Origin: Octopus sinensis
Lineage: Eukaryota
NCBI RefSeq assembly: GCF_006345805.1
Contig: NC_043016.1
Location: 18,538,001-18,602,000 of the forward strand
DNA: 64,000 bases
Direction: 5' to 3'
Shown in pieces: positions 13,001-25,756 of this stretch. The position numbers and the translations under genes are program-made. Numbering within the stretch: position 1 is the stretch's first letter; each line of letters begins with the position of its first letter. The notes beneath the pieces are model-generated. The model worked only from the letters and a program-made list of their open reading frames with translations, was not told the origin of the DNA and did no database searches.

Positions 13001-14702
13001 GTAAGTCGACTTAAAATACTAATCTTTGAAAATGTCTTTAATTTTTCACCAATTAATTTTTTTCAACACCCGTCCAAAAAACCTAAGTATTTAGAAGGTT
13101 ATGTCTATATTTCACTTGGTTCATGCACTAGTGTAAATATGATAAAATTACCATGGTTAATAATGTTCATGATGGTGATGGTGGCTGTAGTTGGAAGGAT
13201 GCTATAAATTATGGAAAAATATGTATATGGAATATCGCAACTGATCACTTCACGCTTCATATATGGTTACATTTCTGATCAATATGTTACAACTGAGATG
13301 TTGTTGGTAAAACATGTTCTTTGTCTATCTCCTTATCCTCTTGGAGATTTTGGGTAAAATTATACTAATGAGTCCTTCGAATTTAATTAAATTCTATGTT
13401 TTTGTGCAGCTGAAGATTGCTCTACATTTTAAATTGATGTAATGAAATGATTGCATTGTTCAATTAAATGGAGTCGCATGAAACGATCGTACTGCATTAC
13501 CTCTGGATATCCTTGTTGCTTATTTTGATTTTAATCACATTATTTTGAAATTGTATGGATAATACCATACTAAATTCTGGTGCCTTTAACTTAAGTACCA
13601 TATTCATCTGAATCTAAATTTATATATATATATAAACTGTAAAGCGAGTAGCCACATCAAAGTGGCTGTCGAATGATACTACTAGTTTAACCATAGGCGG
13701 ATTCTGGTTTTCGGTGCAAGCTCTGCATCCTTTATATACAACATATCGCCAGCTGGGAGACCGAACGAACCCCCTACTAGCGATATATTATATGCAAAGG
13801 GTGCAGAGCTTGCAGCGAAAACCAGTTGGCGGAGAATAAGCCTGGGGTTAAACTAGGAGTAGTAATCTACAACCGCTTTGATGTGGCTACTCGCTGTACT
13901 GTTTAGTATACGTCACTACTCTATCCCATCTTGCGATTTCATAACTAGTTATTTTGCTTATATATATATATATATATACGTATGTGCAGCTAAGACTGCA
14001 AGTAGTTGTAGTAAATATACCGTATTTTATTTCAGTGGTATATTTGAACTCCATCTTTCCTACTTACTTCGGACAGAGGTCATAGTATCAACTTGCTGTT
14101 CAGTCGTACATTCAAAGCGATTACATATATCTCTCATAAATGAACTTAGATTACTATACTGTCTCGGTTCATTCGCATCTATTTTATAAGACTTTGAATG
14201 TTTAGTTCGGTCGATAACAACTGCACAAAACCCATTGTTAAAACGTGTGGCATATCCATTAACAGTTGCATGCGTACGTGCAAATCCAACCTCAAGAGAA
14301 CAATGTTCTTATTCTATATCTTTTGTCAATGCGTTCGTGAGTTGATATCTTGTTTTCATTTCCATATTTTTTTACATTTTTTTAGATCGTCAATACAGTC
14401 CTTAACGGCTGACATTTCAAATCTTGGAAAGAAAATTCAAAATATTAGTACACAAGTAGAAACTATGGATGAAGAATTCAAATTTCAAATGGCAGACTTT
14501 CTACAGGTAAACACCGTAGGATTTCTTTCTTTTATCATGTGTATTTTAAGGTTTATTATCGCAGGAGTGGCTGTGCGCAGGAGTAGCTTGCTTATCAACC
14601 ACATGGTTCCGGGTTCAGTCCCACTGGGCGTCTTCTATTATAGCCTCGGGATGACCAAAGCCTTGGGAGTGGATTTGGTAAGCGGAAACTGAAAGAAGCC
14701 CG

Positions 14703-14739
<37 letters not shown>

Positions 14740-14744
14740 CACGC

Positions 14745-14783
<39 letters not shown>

Positions 14784-15501
14784 CTTCGGTGTGTGTAACG
14801 TTTCGGCAGACGAAATACCTATTTCTTTACTGCCAGGGGCTAAATACAGAGAGGACAAACAAGGACAAAAGGATTAGGTCGATTACATCGATCCCCAATG
14901 CGTAACTGGTAATTATTTAATCCACCCCGAAACGATGAAAGGCTAAGTCGACCTCGGCGGAATTTGACCCGAGGATTGCATTATGGACACCGCTTTCGTT
15001 TTAATTTACCGTGTAAACAATTAAACTCATCGAGCGGACCAACGGCGAAGCCATTAGATTAAGCATTGGACAATACCGGAACATGTTATGGAAACGAACT
15101 TAAATTCTGATTTTAAGCGTTTTCAATTTTGTTTGAATCGATCTTTAATTGCCGAGTCTTATGAATATGTGTATGTTTGTTTTTTCTAGTTTTGTTTTCC
15201 TTTAGGATATTGCTACATCGCTAAAAATTTTTAAAGATAGAATTTCCTGCTGTAATATCTACTGACATATTAATTGTCTTCGTTCAATTTTCTTTTTCAA
15301 GTGGGCAAATAGCGAAATGAAAAGTCTTCAGGTTGATCTTAATATTATCAATGAACTGCAGAAAGAGCTAGCAGATTTCTTCTGTGAAGATGTAAAAACA
15401 TTTAAGTTAGACGAGTGTTTCGATACACTGAGAACATTCTGTGAGAAGTTTCTGAAAGCAATACAGGTTGGTTACCAATTTCACTACACAATGTACTAAA
15501 C

Positions 15502-15534
<33 letters not shown>

Positions 15535-18500
15535 TAATAATTGTGCAAAATGTGTCGTATATAGGAACATTCTTTTTTATACACATACATTTTCTTTCTT
15601 TCGCATTCGTACACTTGCATATTTACATTTAGATTTAGCTACTAGAATCATAGTCTGCAGATACAAACTGACTTCATTAGATTCTTTGGAAGGTGTCACC
15701 TTCCAAGGTGACTAAACAAATGAAGTGTAACAAGGCATTTTATTTCAATTTCGTATAATCTAGTTTGTTGTAACTGAAGTTAAGTTATATTAACTTTTAT
15801 TCCAATTTTTATTTGATTCAAATGATCAACCACACTTTTTGGTATTTTTTCTTTAAAAGGAAAATAAACAGTGGAGCCTTGCCGTAGAACAAAATGAGAT
15901 GCGCAAAAAGCTTGAACTAAAGAAAGATGGTAAGGCATTGATTAAATATTCTAGATTTTCTTAGAATAATTACCTTTGGCTGTGAGAGGTTTACATACTG
16001 AAATCTTGCACACATACGCACACACATATATAAATGCGTATGTGTGTGCGTGTGTGTGTGTGTATGTGTATGTGTCATGTATATCATATATTGTATAAAA
16101 TTTTTAGTAGCAAGTCAACCTGAGCACTACATAAATATATTACATATACACATTCATATATATATATTAAGTTATATATATTACATATATATAATATTAA
16201 GTTATATATATATAATATATAAGTTATAATATTACATGTATATATATATATTAAGTTATATATATTACATGTATATATATATATTAAGTTATATATATAT
16301 ATTACATATATATCTATATATATTAGTTATATATATTATTAAATATATATATATATATTATATATATATATAATTAAGTTATTAATATATATATATATTA
16401 AGTTATATATATTATATATATAGATATATTAAGTTCTATATATATATATATTAATATAGATTAAGTTATATATATATATATATATATATATATTAAGTTA
16501 TATATATATATATTATATATATTAAGTTATATATATATATATATATATATTAAGTATATTATTACATATATATATATTAGTTATATATATTACATATATA
16601 TATATTAAGTATTATATTACATATATATATATTAAGTTATATATATTACATATATATATATTAAGTTATATATATTACATATTATATATTAAGTTATATA
16701 TATTACATATATATATATTAAGTTATATATATTACTATATATATATAAGTTATATATATTACATATATATATATTAGTTATATATATTACATATATATAT
16801 ATTAAGTTATATATATTACATATATATAGATTAAGTTATATATATTACATATATAGATTAAGTTATATATTACATATATATAGATTAAGTTATATATATT
16901 ACATATATATAGATTAAATTATATATATATTACACACATACACACACACACACACATATATATATATTAAAATTATATATATTACATATAAAATTTGTGT
17001 TTGTTTTAATGGAAAAATCATCTGCTGTTATCGTCAAAATATACTTTGGAATATATTTTTAATATTCTTTTTCTCATTTTCATTACAACAGTATTTTGTA
17101 CTCTTTCGAGTCTTATCTATCAGATATTTATATTATTTGTGTAATTTTTTATTTCATTGCCTTTTATATTTCTTTTCTTCTTTTTCGCAGAAGATATGCT
17201 CTTGCAAAAGGAAAAGGGTTCTATTGTTGATCTGCTGCTTGCTGATGTCCGCAGCGGTTTTGGTAGCCACAATTTCATCAGTGATAATTCGTCTGTTGGA
17301 ACATTTGACAGTATAAGTGAAAGAACTTCTTCTTACATGTCCAGCGACAGTGAAACTACCCAAAATAGTGATAGTAATCAATCGGAATTTATGAATGGAG
17401 ATAGCAACTTGACAGAGGAACCTGTGTCTGATTTTGTTCGTCTAGGGTTCGGAAGAAAAAGTATGCGCAAATCAAAGCACAAAAATAACTTCCGCTCTAA
17501 CAGTTCTGACAGCATATGTACAAGCCAAGGAAGCAGACAAGCATCGAGTGAAAACAATACTGATACAGAAAGTCTTGGCAGCAGTCAAGATGACAGAGCA
17601 AGTTTCCGCCGAATGAGGTACTCAAAGGGAAATGATGACGAATTGTTTGAGTATTTGGGCAATGGATCAGATCAAATAACATTCAGGAGGAGTTATCATG
17701 GTCATCCAAGAAATCAAAAGCGTTTGGTAAGGAGAAACACGAGTATTACTTTTGAACGCGAAAGAGGGCCGTCTCCACCTATGTTCGACGACTCTAACGA
17801 CTCCATGAGATTTCTTTTCAATAAAGATAAAGTACCTCTTGTAGACGGAAGAACCAAATCAGACACTTTAACCACCCCCAAACCAATAAAAGAGTCTCTT
17901 CGAAAATCGGCGAGCGCTCTAGAAAAGAGAGATATAGATCGGGCAGTGAAAAAAAGAGAAGCACTTGTTGAAGCGAAAGAACAACGGTATGACAGAAATT
18001 GTTTTAAAAGAACGCCCAGTCTATCTGCCTCTTACAAGCATTACAGTAAAGATTATTATCATTGTGATGAAAATTCTCAACCTTCCTCGTCAACACCGAC
18101 ATTAGGGCTCAAAAGCCCAACTAGAGTAGAAAGATCGAATTTATTCAAATCGGCTGGAGATGGAGAGGATTCGTGTAAAAGGAATACGAAACAAGTCGGC
18201 AACAGTGTGATAAACCTGGATAAAATTAATAGTGGCGTAAAATCGAACTCTCCGTATGTACTTACAAGGGATGAACTTTTGGAGTCAGGTGGGTCATTGG
18301 AAAAACCTGCTGACTCCAATAAGGTAACTCCAGAACATTATTCATCAGATAGAAATCGCGTTTCTGTATCTGTCAGATCACAACTTAGCCGGCAATGGCA
18401 AACGAACTTAGATCCAGAAAACATGGACTCTATGCTGAAGAAGATGGACAGCATCAACAGTGAGAAAAATGAAACTGAAACACATCTATCTCCGGAAGAG

Positions 18501-21359
18501 AAGAGCGAAGCGAAAAGAAAATGTACTTCGTCAGAATCACCCAATGACAAAGAAAGTAGGTCGCGTCGTGATAGACGTAAGGTAAGACGGAAATTATCAA
18601 CAGATGAAATCGAAGATGCTTTACAATCTCACAATCAACCAGTTGCATCAACTGATCACAATGTGTCCGGAGAAAACTATCTTGAAAATAATTCGGAAGC
18701 CAAAACACCACGGTCTCGATCTGGAAGTGACAGTACTGGAGAGAGCGAAAGAGTTAAAACTCGTAAAGAAGAAAGGCCACACAAGCTGACAGGCAAAAGA
18801 AGGTTTCTGGCAGAGCGGTTCGGAGACAAAGAGCATGGTTCGACCGGACGCTGTCGTAGTAACGTAGAAAAGGAGTCTGTCGATCGTGCTCTTCAAAATT
18901 TAATGCCCCAAGGATCAATGAACCGATCAAAATCCTTTGAATCTGTAGCACGAAAAAATAACAATAAATCAAATATGAAAAAGGGGCCAAATAGTGGAAG
19001 TACACCAGACACATCTCAGGAGAAGAATAATTTAAGAGGCGATTGCATGGGTCATTTCTCATATAAAGGAAATGATGACAGCGAGAATGAAGCGCCCGCC
19101 GAAAATGTTCGGCATTCATCAAAGAACTCTAGTCGCTTATCGGTGAAATCGACTTCAACCGAAACTTTGCAGGCAGAGAATTATAGTGACAATGAGTCAA
19201 ATAACTTATCTGAACACAAAATGAAACCCAACACGGAAAACGATGAAATAAATGATAAACGAAGAGGAACGGAAGAAAAGAAATTAACGGAAGAGATCAA
19301 GGATAATCCGAATTCGAGCTATTCGGTGAACAACTCGACTGCTACGGTGGAAAAAAGGCCTCACCGCACTCATAGTTTGATTGAGCATTCATCATATCTA
19401 ATAGACCACAGCTCTTCTCCTATTACCTCATGTGAAGATGATGTAAACCCAACAATTATCTTGGCGAAATGGCGTGTTAAGAGACAGGAAAAACGAAGGA
19501 GCCAGAGTAGCTGCATGAATGAAACAGATAAACTGAGGAATATAGATAGTAGTGGTAAACTAGAGCATGGAATCCTGATGCCAAATTCTGATTGCGGTTT
19601 TAAAAACGAATCCAGTTGTAGAAACAGCGTAGCCTCTGCTTCCGACAAAGATGAAGGGTTTGAAACTATGAGTGAGACTATAAGTCAAAGAACTTCGGTT
19701 AGTAGCAATTTAGACTTGGAATCTAGCTACGGTACTTCAGTATGTTATAGGAAATCAGAAAGTAATAGACATAGAATAGAACATGATTTCCTTAAACATG
19801 AGACTGAACTTGATAGCGCTCGACATAACCGTAAATCTGGAATCATAACTGTTAATAGGGTGGCAACAGATGTTTCCGAATCAGATGTTCGCAAGCAACG
19901 GACGGAATCTTGGACAGAATCAACTGTTCGTGTGAATGCTTCAAATTTGAATGAAAACATATTCCTGGACAGAAAGGCTAACTATTCAACACCTTTATTG
20001 AAGAAAACTGGAGATTATTCGAAAGATAACCATTGGAATGATGCAATGGAAAACAAAACAAAACCACCTTTAGTGAGGCAGTTGTCAATATCTAACCACA
20101 CAAACACACCCGATAAAATTGTTTCTGACACAGCTGATAAGGACTCTATTAAAATGCTTGATAGTAACAATGTATCACCTAAGGCAACACAAAAGGCCGC
20201 TAGTATTCCAAGTTACATGAAGAAAACATCTAGCAGTAAAAAAAAAGTAATAAAGGAACCTGTGGAGCTTCAACCAACAATCAAACGTTCTAGTTTTTCT
20301 CGCAGTTCGCATCGTTCCATGAAGCATGTTCCGATCAGCTCACAATCAAACAAGTCTGGTTCAACAGAAAGTGTGTCATCGTCGTCTCAAAACGAAAGAA
20401 TTAACAATTCTCTACTCAGACGGTCAATTGCTGGAACAACTGCAAAATCAACTTCATCTATTATGCCATCGAAACTTGGGTCTTCTTCAAATGTTACCAA
20501 ATTGCAACCCCTTTCTTCATCTCGAGCAACCAACTCTTTCAACAGCAAACTCCCTTCGACCGAATCAAAAATAACCAGATCTACTTCTTTTAACAGAAGT
20601 CATGCATCAAGTTTCATGTCACCTACCGCATCATCAAGAGCTAAAAAAGATCCCAAACAATCTACTGCGAATACTCAAGAAAGTATGAATAGCAGTAGCT
20701 TACCAACTACGACTGCATCAACTACAAAATCAAGTTCGGGTAGTGTCAAAACTTCGCTTGCTAAATCATCTAGTTTGCCGAAAAGAAAAACAGATTCAAA
20801 TAGCTCAAGTTGTAATACAAAGCAGCTTCATTCCTCGTTAAAAGCAAACACCACCTCGTCTCCCTTCTCGAGAACAAGTAGTATACGGCGTTCTATGGGG
20901 GTGACTCGGTCGCCACCCGAGAAGCCTACCAATCAAAAAGTGAAAAATAGCTCTGCATACGAAGAAAATAAACACACTGATGTTAAAAATAACAATAATA
21001 GTAATACCAATACCAATAACAAAAAGAGACTTAGCAGTACTTCCATGGATAAGGCATCAAACATAAACGGTTCTCAAAATGAACTGGCTCGCAAATCCCG
21101 AATGCCAGTCAAATCTGTAGAATCAACGGTTATAAGTGAGAAAACTGTCAAAGAACGCAAGTCCCAAAAGACATCAGATCAAAATTTGCCCAGCAAAAAA
21201 TTATCGATAAGTGATAGAGAAATAGATAATGGCGGTTTTAAACTAAGCGACAGCGAAGAGACTGTGGCAAGTAATAGTGTAAAAGACAGATTTAAAAAGA
21301 AATTTTCCAAATCAAAAGACAAGAGTTACAGACGAGTCATTAGTAACATAACAACTTGA
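1258..21359 (+). CDS. FHDC1: Inverted formin (FHDC1/INF1-like, FH2-domain protein), 3' part. Join 1258-1358, 3799-3869, 5484-5591, 12930-13000, 14386-14506, 15302-15466, 15860-15929, 17191-21359 (about 1624 aa in window; 5' exons lie upstream of the window)
   Basis: Eight exons with AG/GT boundaries and compatible phases splice into one frame containing FH2 hallmarks ([71 protein letters not shown]), followed by a long low-complexity tail in one giant exon. Formin identity is strong; FHDC1 versus INF2 orthology is recalled similarity and needs a tree. Confidence 0.9.
1881..2267 (+). mobile_element. Composite non-autonomous retroelement: inverted tail copy + tRNA-derived head + (AAT)n + Penelope-like tail with a decayed hammerhead
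   Basis: A box tggcgtagtgg and B box gttcgattcc; 1926-1970 is the reverse complement of 2220-2269; gtctcatac direct repeat at 1872-1880 and 2268-2276. Confidence 0.65.
3081..3515 (+). mobile_element. tRNA-derived SINE family A, full length, internal (TG)n
   Basis: A/B boxes, conserved body, tail ggcggtgctccagcatggc...ctgaaacaagtaaaaga; about 20 full or partial copies in the window. Confidence 0.9.
3799..3869 (+). CDS. Formin FH2 exon b ([24 protein letters not shown])
   Basis: ttttttccccaccag acceptor; TCG|gtaagt donor; 71 nt. Confidence 0.92.
3950..4290. repeat. Interspersed repeat shared with 49060-49300
   Basis: aaaacgtcgaacacaatgagaaacgaaa...ggacat...cttcagtcgcctc..tttcgaa present in both. 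Confidence 0.7.
5484..5591 (+). CDS. Formin FH2 exon c ([36 protein letters not shown])
   Basis: tttcag acceptor; ATG|gtaaat donor; most conserved FH2 motif. Confidence 0.95.
6049..6466 (-). mobile_element. Two tandem SINE B copies
   Basis: Core ccgaggttgactttgcctttcatcctttcgg occurs twice on the minus strand. Confidence 0.85.
7622..7839 (+). mobile_element. SINE B whose (ATT)n tail abuts element D
   Basis: Core plus tail aaatttcaggttttgtgcctgtagtagaaa. Confidence 0.8.
7840..8399 (-). mobile_element. About 560-bp non-coding element 'D', flanked by (ATT)n on both sides
   Basis: Inverted near-identical copy of 11809-12362 with the same ends. Confidence 0.85.
8830..9138 (+). mobile_element. 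SINE A, 3'-truncated
   Basis: Matches the 3081 copy up to gatagaataagtact. Confidence 0.85.
9172..9362 (-). mobile_element. SINE head2 + tail X
   Basis: Body matches the 26381 copy; tail matches the 36687 copy. Confidence 0.7.
10281..10878 (+). mobile_element. SINE A with a triplicated tail of about 93-95 bp
   Basis: Tail unit recurs at about 10605, 10700 and 10793. Confidence 0.85.
11809..12362 (+). mobile_element. About 555-bp element 'D', second copy, flanked by (AAT)n
   Basis: aatgccctgatgcagtacc...gcactgctctctcactc between AAT arrays. Confidence 0.85.
12363..12597 (-). mobile_element. SINE B whose (ATT)n tail abuts element D
   Basis: Reverse complement of the B tail and core. Confidence 0.8.
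12930..13000 (+). CDS. Formin FH2 exon d ([24 protein letters not shown])
   Basis: cttttgcag acceptor; AA|gtaagt donor; 71 nt. Confidence 0.9.
13633..13905. mobile_element. Fold-back MITE-like element in formin intron (arms about 115 bp)
   Basis: aaactgtaaagcgagtagccacatcaaag...ctttgatgtggctactcgctgtactgttt. Confidence 0.75.
14386..14506 (+). CDS. Formin FH2 exon e ([40 protein letters not shown])
   Basis: tttttag acceptor; CAG|gtaaac donor; phase 2 to phase 0. Confidence 0.9.
14560..14705 (+). mobile_element. SINE A 5' half
   Basis: gcaggagtggctgtg...gaaactgaaagaagcccgtc, then TA/TG array. Confidence 0.8.
14821..14972 (-). mobile_element. SINE B with alternative tail (B2)
   Basis: B core joined to a tgtccttgtttgtcc..tttagccc tail; also at 25235 and 57525. 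Confidence 0.75.
15302..15466 (+). CDS. Formin FH2 exon f ([10 protein letters not shown]...[33 protein letters not shown])
   Basis: tttttcaag acceptor; CAG|gttggt donor; 165 nt. Confidence 0.92.
15860..15929 (+). CDS. Formin exon g, end of FH2 coiled coil ([23 protein letters not shown])
   Basis: ctttaaaag acceptor; G|gtaagg donor; 70 nt; bridges phase 0 to phase 1 as required. Confidence 0.8.
16130..16990. repeat. AT-rich minisatellite, unit about 25-27 bp (ATATATATATTAAGTTATATATATTAC)
   Basis: Unit recurs many times within the last formin intron. Confidence 0.9.
17191..21359 (+). CDS. Formin giant terminal coding exon (about 1389 aa): DAD/WH2-like motif, then a Ser/Lys/Arg-rich disordered tail
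   Basis: Long pyrimidine tract ending tttttcgcag; G+AA gives Glu in the frame of the 1400-aa ORF; TGA at 21357-21359. Confidence 0.92.
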
Positions 21360-22151
21360 TTAGCGCTTCTTGAGAAAGCTGCAAAATACATTTAAAAACT
21401 ATCCTTATAGTATGTGCGTACATAAGTTTATAGCTCGTACAAGATTTGATCATTCGAGTGCCTTTTATATACAGAATTGAACACAACTAAATTATTTTTA
21501 TACCTCAAATACTATTAAACTGTTGCAATTTTCTTTAAAATATTAATGAATTTTAAAACGAGGAATACACTATTGTATTCTTTGACATTGCATCATACAC
21601 ACAGTGATAAAAACTTACATGCGAATATTCGTGACATCTAGAAAAAAAAATTTACTGTTTATCATACCAATTTTTGTTTTCGTTCTCAAGTCGGGTGTCA
21701 TGTATAATGGTTATTATCACATCATTTAAATATCATATTTTAAACAAATATTTACAGCATCACCAAGTGCACCTCTGTATTCCGACTGTATTACCATTGT
21801 TATTGTCATAATTGCAACTTTAAACGAACAATGAAATGACAAGATAACCGAATCAAATATGCAAATTTATTTGCTCATATTGTTGTAGCTGCAGTTATAT
21901 AAACAAGAAATATCAGAAGGAAACAAGACGAAGTAGGGATGGGGCGGGTTATTTTGAAAATTCCTTCTAATTATGAAAATCATAATTAAAGGACGAAATT
22001 AAAAATGATGGTCTTTTAAGGAAGTTCCACGCGCTTTCAACGTGAGTGGACACCATAAATGAGTTGACATATTCGACGCGGTGGCTATCTGTTCTGTTCA
22101 GAAAATATAGCCTGTTATCTCTGGGATATGGGAATAAGTTGGCCACAAGTT

Positions 22152-22197
<46 letters not shown>

Positions 22198-22470
22198 TAT
22201 ACATATACATATACATACACAAACACATACAAACACACAAATTTGTAGTGTAATATACGAATTCATATAATCATGTGGCTTTTACGTAAAGCTCTTCTAA
22301 CGGACCCGGCTAGCAAGATAAAATATAAACGTTTACGGTTATATTTTAATTAATTACGAAGGGCAGTCTTCGAAAATACAAGCCTTACAAGTATGGCCGC
22401 AGTCAAACGACTGAAATGAGTGGTGGAAAAGGAAAAGCGAAATCAATCGTTTTTTTTTGGTTTTCTTTAT

Positions 22471-22476
22471 AATAAA
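22471..22476 (+). promoter_or_regulatory. Candidate AATAAA polyadenylation signal of the formin gene
   Basis: AATAAA about 1.1 kb after the stop codon, before a mariner remnant; position only. Confidence 0.2.
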
Positions 22477-22594
22477 AGCTGTTTATTCCAAACTGCATAC
22501 AAAGTTATGTAATACATACAATATATGCAACATATGCAATATTATTAATGTTCATTTACATCTCCAGACATCCTGTATTGAAACACAATCAACT

Positions 22595-23570
22595 TATGAG
22601 GATGCGCTAAAAAGTTCGTAGGCTGACTGTGAAGTGAAAGAATGATGACAGAACTGTGAAATCTTGCATGTATTAACTTAAACTTTTCCTATTAATAAAC
22701 ATTGTTTCTCTTCTGGTAAACTGACATCTGACTGTTCAAAGAACACTTTCAACGTAACTAGTAGCGACATCTCTTGCAAATCGACAAAATTTAGCCCCAT
22801 AGTGATATCAAGTATCTGTAGAAAAAGGGGTCAGCCCCCCCCCAGGTCATTCATGTTGACATGGTTGCTACATTAGGGGATGATGCACCAGCTTTATCAT
22901 GAGTGCAAATGTAGGCAGCTGAATTTAATGGGGGAAAGAGAGAGTCTTGAATATGACCCAAGGTCTGGACGCCCTGTAACTGCCTCTACCGAGGAAGCAT
23001 TGATCTCCTTCATATGTTCGTGGATGACAGGCGATTAACTATAAATCAGCTAGCCAATGCTATTAGCATATCCCGTGAGAGTCGCTATATTATGGACAAT
23101 GAATTTGGCATGACGAAGATTCGTGCTCGGTCGCTGCCACGTCATCTGGTACCTGATCAAAAGCGTACCAGGCTGACCACATCACGGGAAAATCTGACCT
23201 TGTTTGAGGCAAATCTAGCTGGTTTTCTTGAACTCTGCCTAATCCAAGATGAACTTTGCGTAATCCATCACTTTGAGCTAGAAACAAAGAGTCAATCTGT
23301 GTGGTGGAAAAATCCCCTTTTCAACTGCTCTTAAAATGGCCAGTCGTTTCATCTGCAGGGAAGGTGAAGGCCTCAGTTTTGGAGGATGCAAAATACCTTG
23401 TTTATTAATTATTTTCAAAAGGGACATACCAATTCATTGATCAAGGTATGTGTGCCATTGAAAGCTTCTAATTCATTTTTATTTCTCCCTTCGACATCTT
23501 TGCACGGTTAGTGGGTAAACAGACTGGTGGCTCCATGAATGAACACTGGTGGGAGTATAATGACCAGAAA
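22595..23570 (+). mobile_element. Decayed, internally deleted mariner transposon
   Basis: TIR-like tatgaggatgcgctaaaaagttc; broken frames give SLEYDPRSGRP, DDRRLTINQLA, RSLPRHL (WVPHEL-like) and IQDELCVIHHFELETK; stops and frameshifts. Confidence 0.8.
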
Positions 23571-25234
23571 ATACTTATCGATACTTAAGATCAGTGATTC
23601 TCAACCATTTCTATCTAATTCCTATTTTACTTGGATTGACCGCCATAACTATTTGATGTTAAAGAAAAGACTCTTACCATATTTTTATAATTAAATATTA
23701 TTAGGAACTGTACTACAAAATATTTGTTAGAATATTTTGTGAATTGTAGAAGTATGATCAATTTATCGTACATAGTTTTTAAAAACTAAATCTTTTATCG
23801 CTCCGCCCACCCCCACCCCCAACAAGGGCCATGTGGAACCCCGGTTGAGAGCCATTCATCTAGCAGCATGCTGATTATCAACATGGAAGCATGCTGATGA
23901 TCAGCAAGACAGCTTGCTGAATCACATAATTATCTAAGTGTCGAAATCTTGTCTAAACACCCGAGAGGTACTTGAATCTGTTCTCACACGTAAGAAATTG
24001 CCATCAGAAAATATGCTTAGCAATTATTAGAGCCACAACGCCATTACTGTCACAATCTATATATGCGTGTGTGATGGTGGTATGTGTGTGTGTGTGTTTG
24101 GTACAAGTAGTGTAGGATTAGAGTGACAGCAAGATACACGGAAATCCGTACAGATAAATACATGTAACTATGAACAATTCGGATACATATAAAACGTGCA
24201 GGCACACGCGCGTAAACACCCTCATACAAGAAACATGTGCGCACGCACACACGCATACAGGCATGCACCAGTATACGCATGCGCACATGCGTATCACGAC
24301 ACCAATTTAGAATACTGGCTATATACCCTATGTACACACGCATGCATGCAGCGCGGACACATTCTGTTATCTCCTTTCACCCCCTCTCTCTCTCTCTCCA
24401 TTCTCCTATAAGAAACTACACTCATAAACCTTTATGGGATGACAAGCAGATCTTAGCTGAAACTGAGCTTGAATAATAAGGCCGGACCACGGATGACCAA
24501 TGACCACACAGTCACAGACATATATAAAGTTTGGCAAACGAGTGTACACTTACAACTGTACATACTCGCACACGTGCTCTTCATTTAGTCTCATCCTTCC
24601 CTTGTCATGTAAGCGACCATATATCTACATATACATAGGTGTAGGACTAATTCACAGGCAGACTCAAAACTGTCCTGGAAGTGCGAAGACAAATCATTGA
24701 TGTGGTCGTGATTAGCGATAAAAGAACTTTGATAAAAAAGAAAAAAAGCGCGCAATTGATTGTTTGACGAACACATTAAGCAAGGGAGCGATTAGATCTA
24801 ACAATAAAGAAGTGATATTGTACCAGTGCGTGTGTTATTATTTGTATAATGACCTCAAAATACAAAATTTGTTTCAACACACGAATTCACATCAAGCAGC
24901 TTACAAGCCTTGTACAAAACACGAAGTAATAACAAATAACGATAAAAAGATTTATAGTATATTAATTATCAATACATTAAACTCATCCGTTAATCCTCTG
25001 CCAATTACCCTCTCAGTCTATATACGTATATACACAAATACACACCTTTATACAGCTGTGCACACACACGTGCGTCCTCAAACTCACTTCCAAGTATATA
25101 CGCATACTTGCTGGCATTCGCTCCCGTACCAACAACAGCGTGCATATATATATATATAATGTGTGTGTGTGTATACACACATAAACGTACATATTTATAT
25201 ACTCTATATTCAAATGCATATCAATATTTATTTT

Positions 25235-25461
25235 TTTATTGACCACATGGGGCTACACACAGAGGGGACAAACAAGGACAGACAAGGGGATTGAGTTGAT
25301 TACACCGACCCCGTTGATTAACTGGTACTTATTTAATCGACCCCGAAAGAATGAAAGGCAAAGTCGACCCCGGCGGAATTTGAACTTAGAACGTAGCGGC
25401 AGACGAAATACTGCTAGGCATTTCGCCCGGCGTGCTAACGTTTCTGCCAGCTCACCGCCTT
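25235..25461 (-). mobile_element. SINE B2, full length
   Basis: Head, core and B2 tail present. Confidence 0.85.
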
Positions 25462-25699
25462 ATCCAATATTGCCACGACCGTATACACACACACATACAC
25501 ACATACATTTAGGTACACTAGTTAATTGTTTTTCAAATCAGGATCTTTGATGATGTAAATGAGCAACAATAATATTATTGCATATTTTTATTTACTGAAA
25601 AACTTGATATTTGGTATGGAATAAACAGTGTTTGCAGACGAAAACTTTCATAACATCGATTTCAATTCGTTTTCTGCTATTTAAATGTTATATTTAAAG

Positions 25700-25700
25700 T

Positions 25701-25756
<56 letters not shown>

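Noticed and set aside
17154-20574. Antisense and alternative-frame ORFs over the giant exon
   Set aside because: Shadows of the real coding frame; no motifs or splice context.
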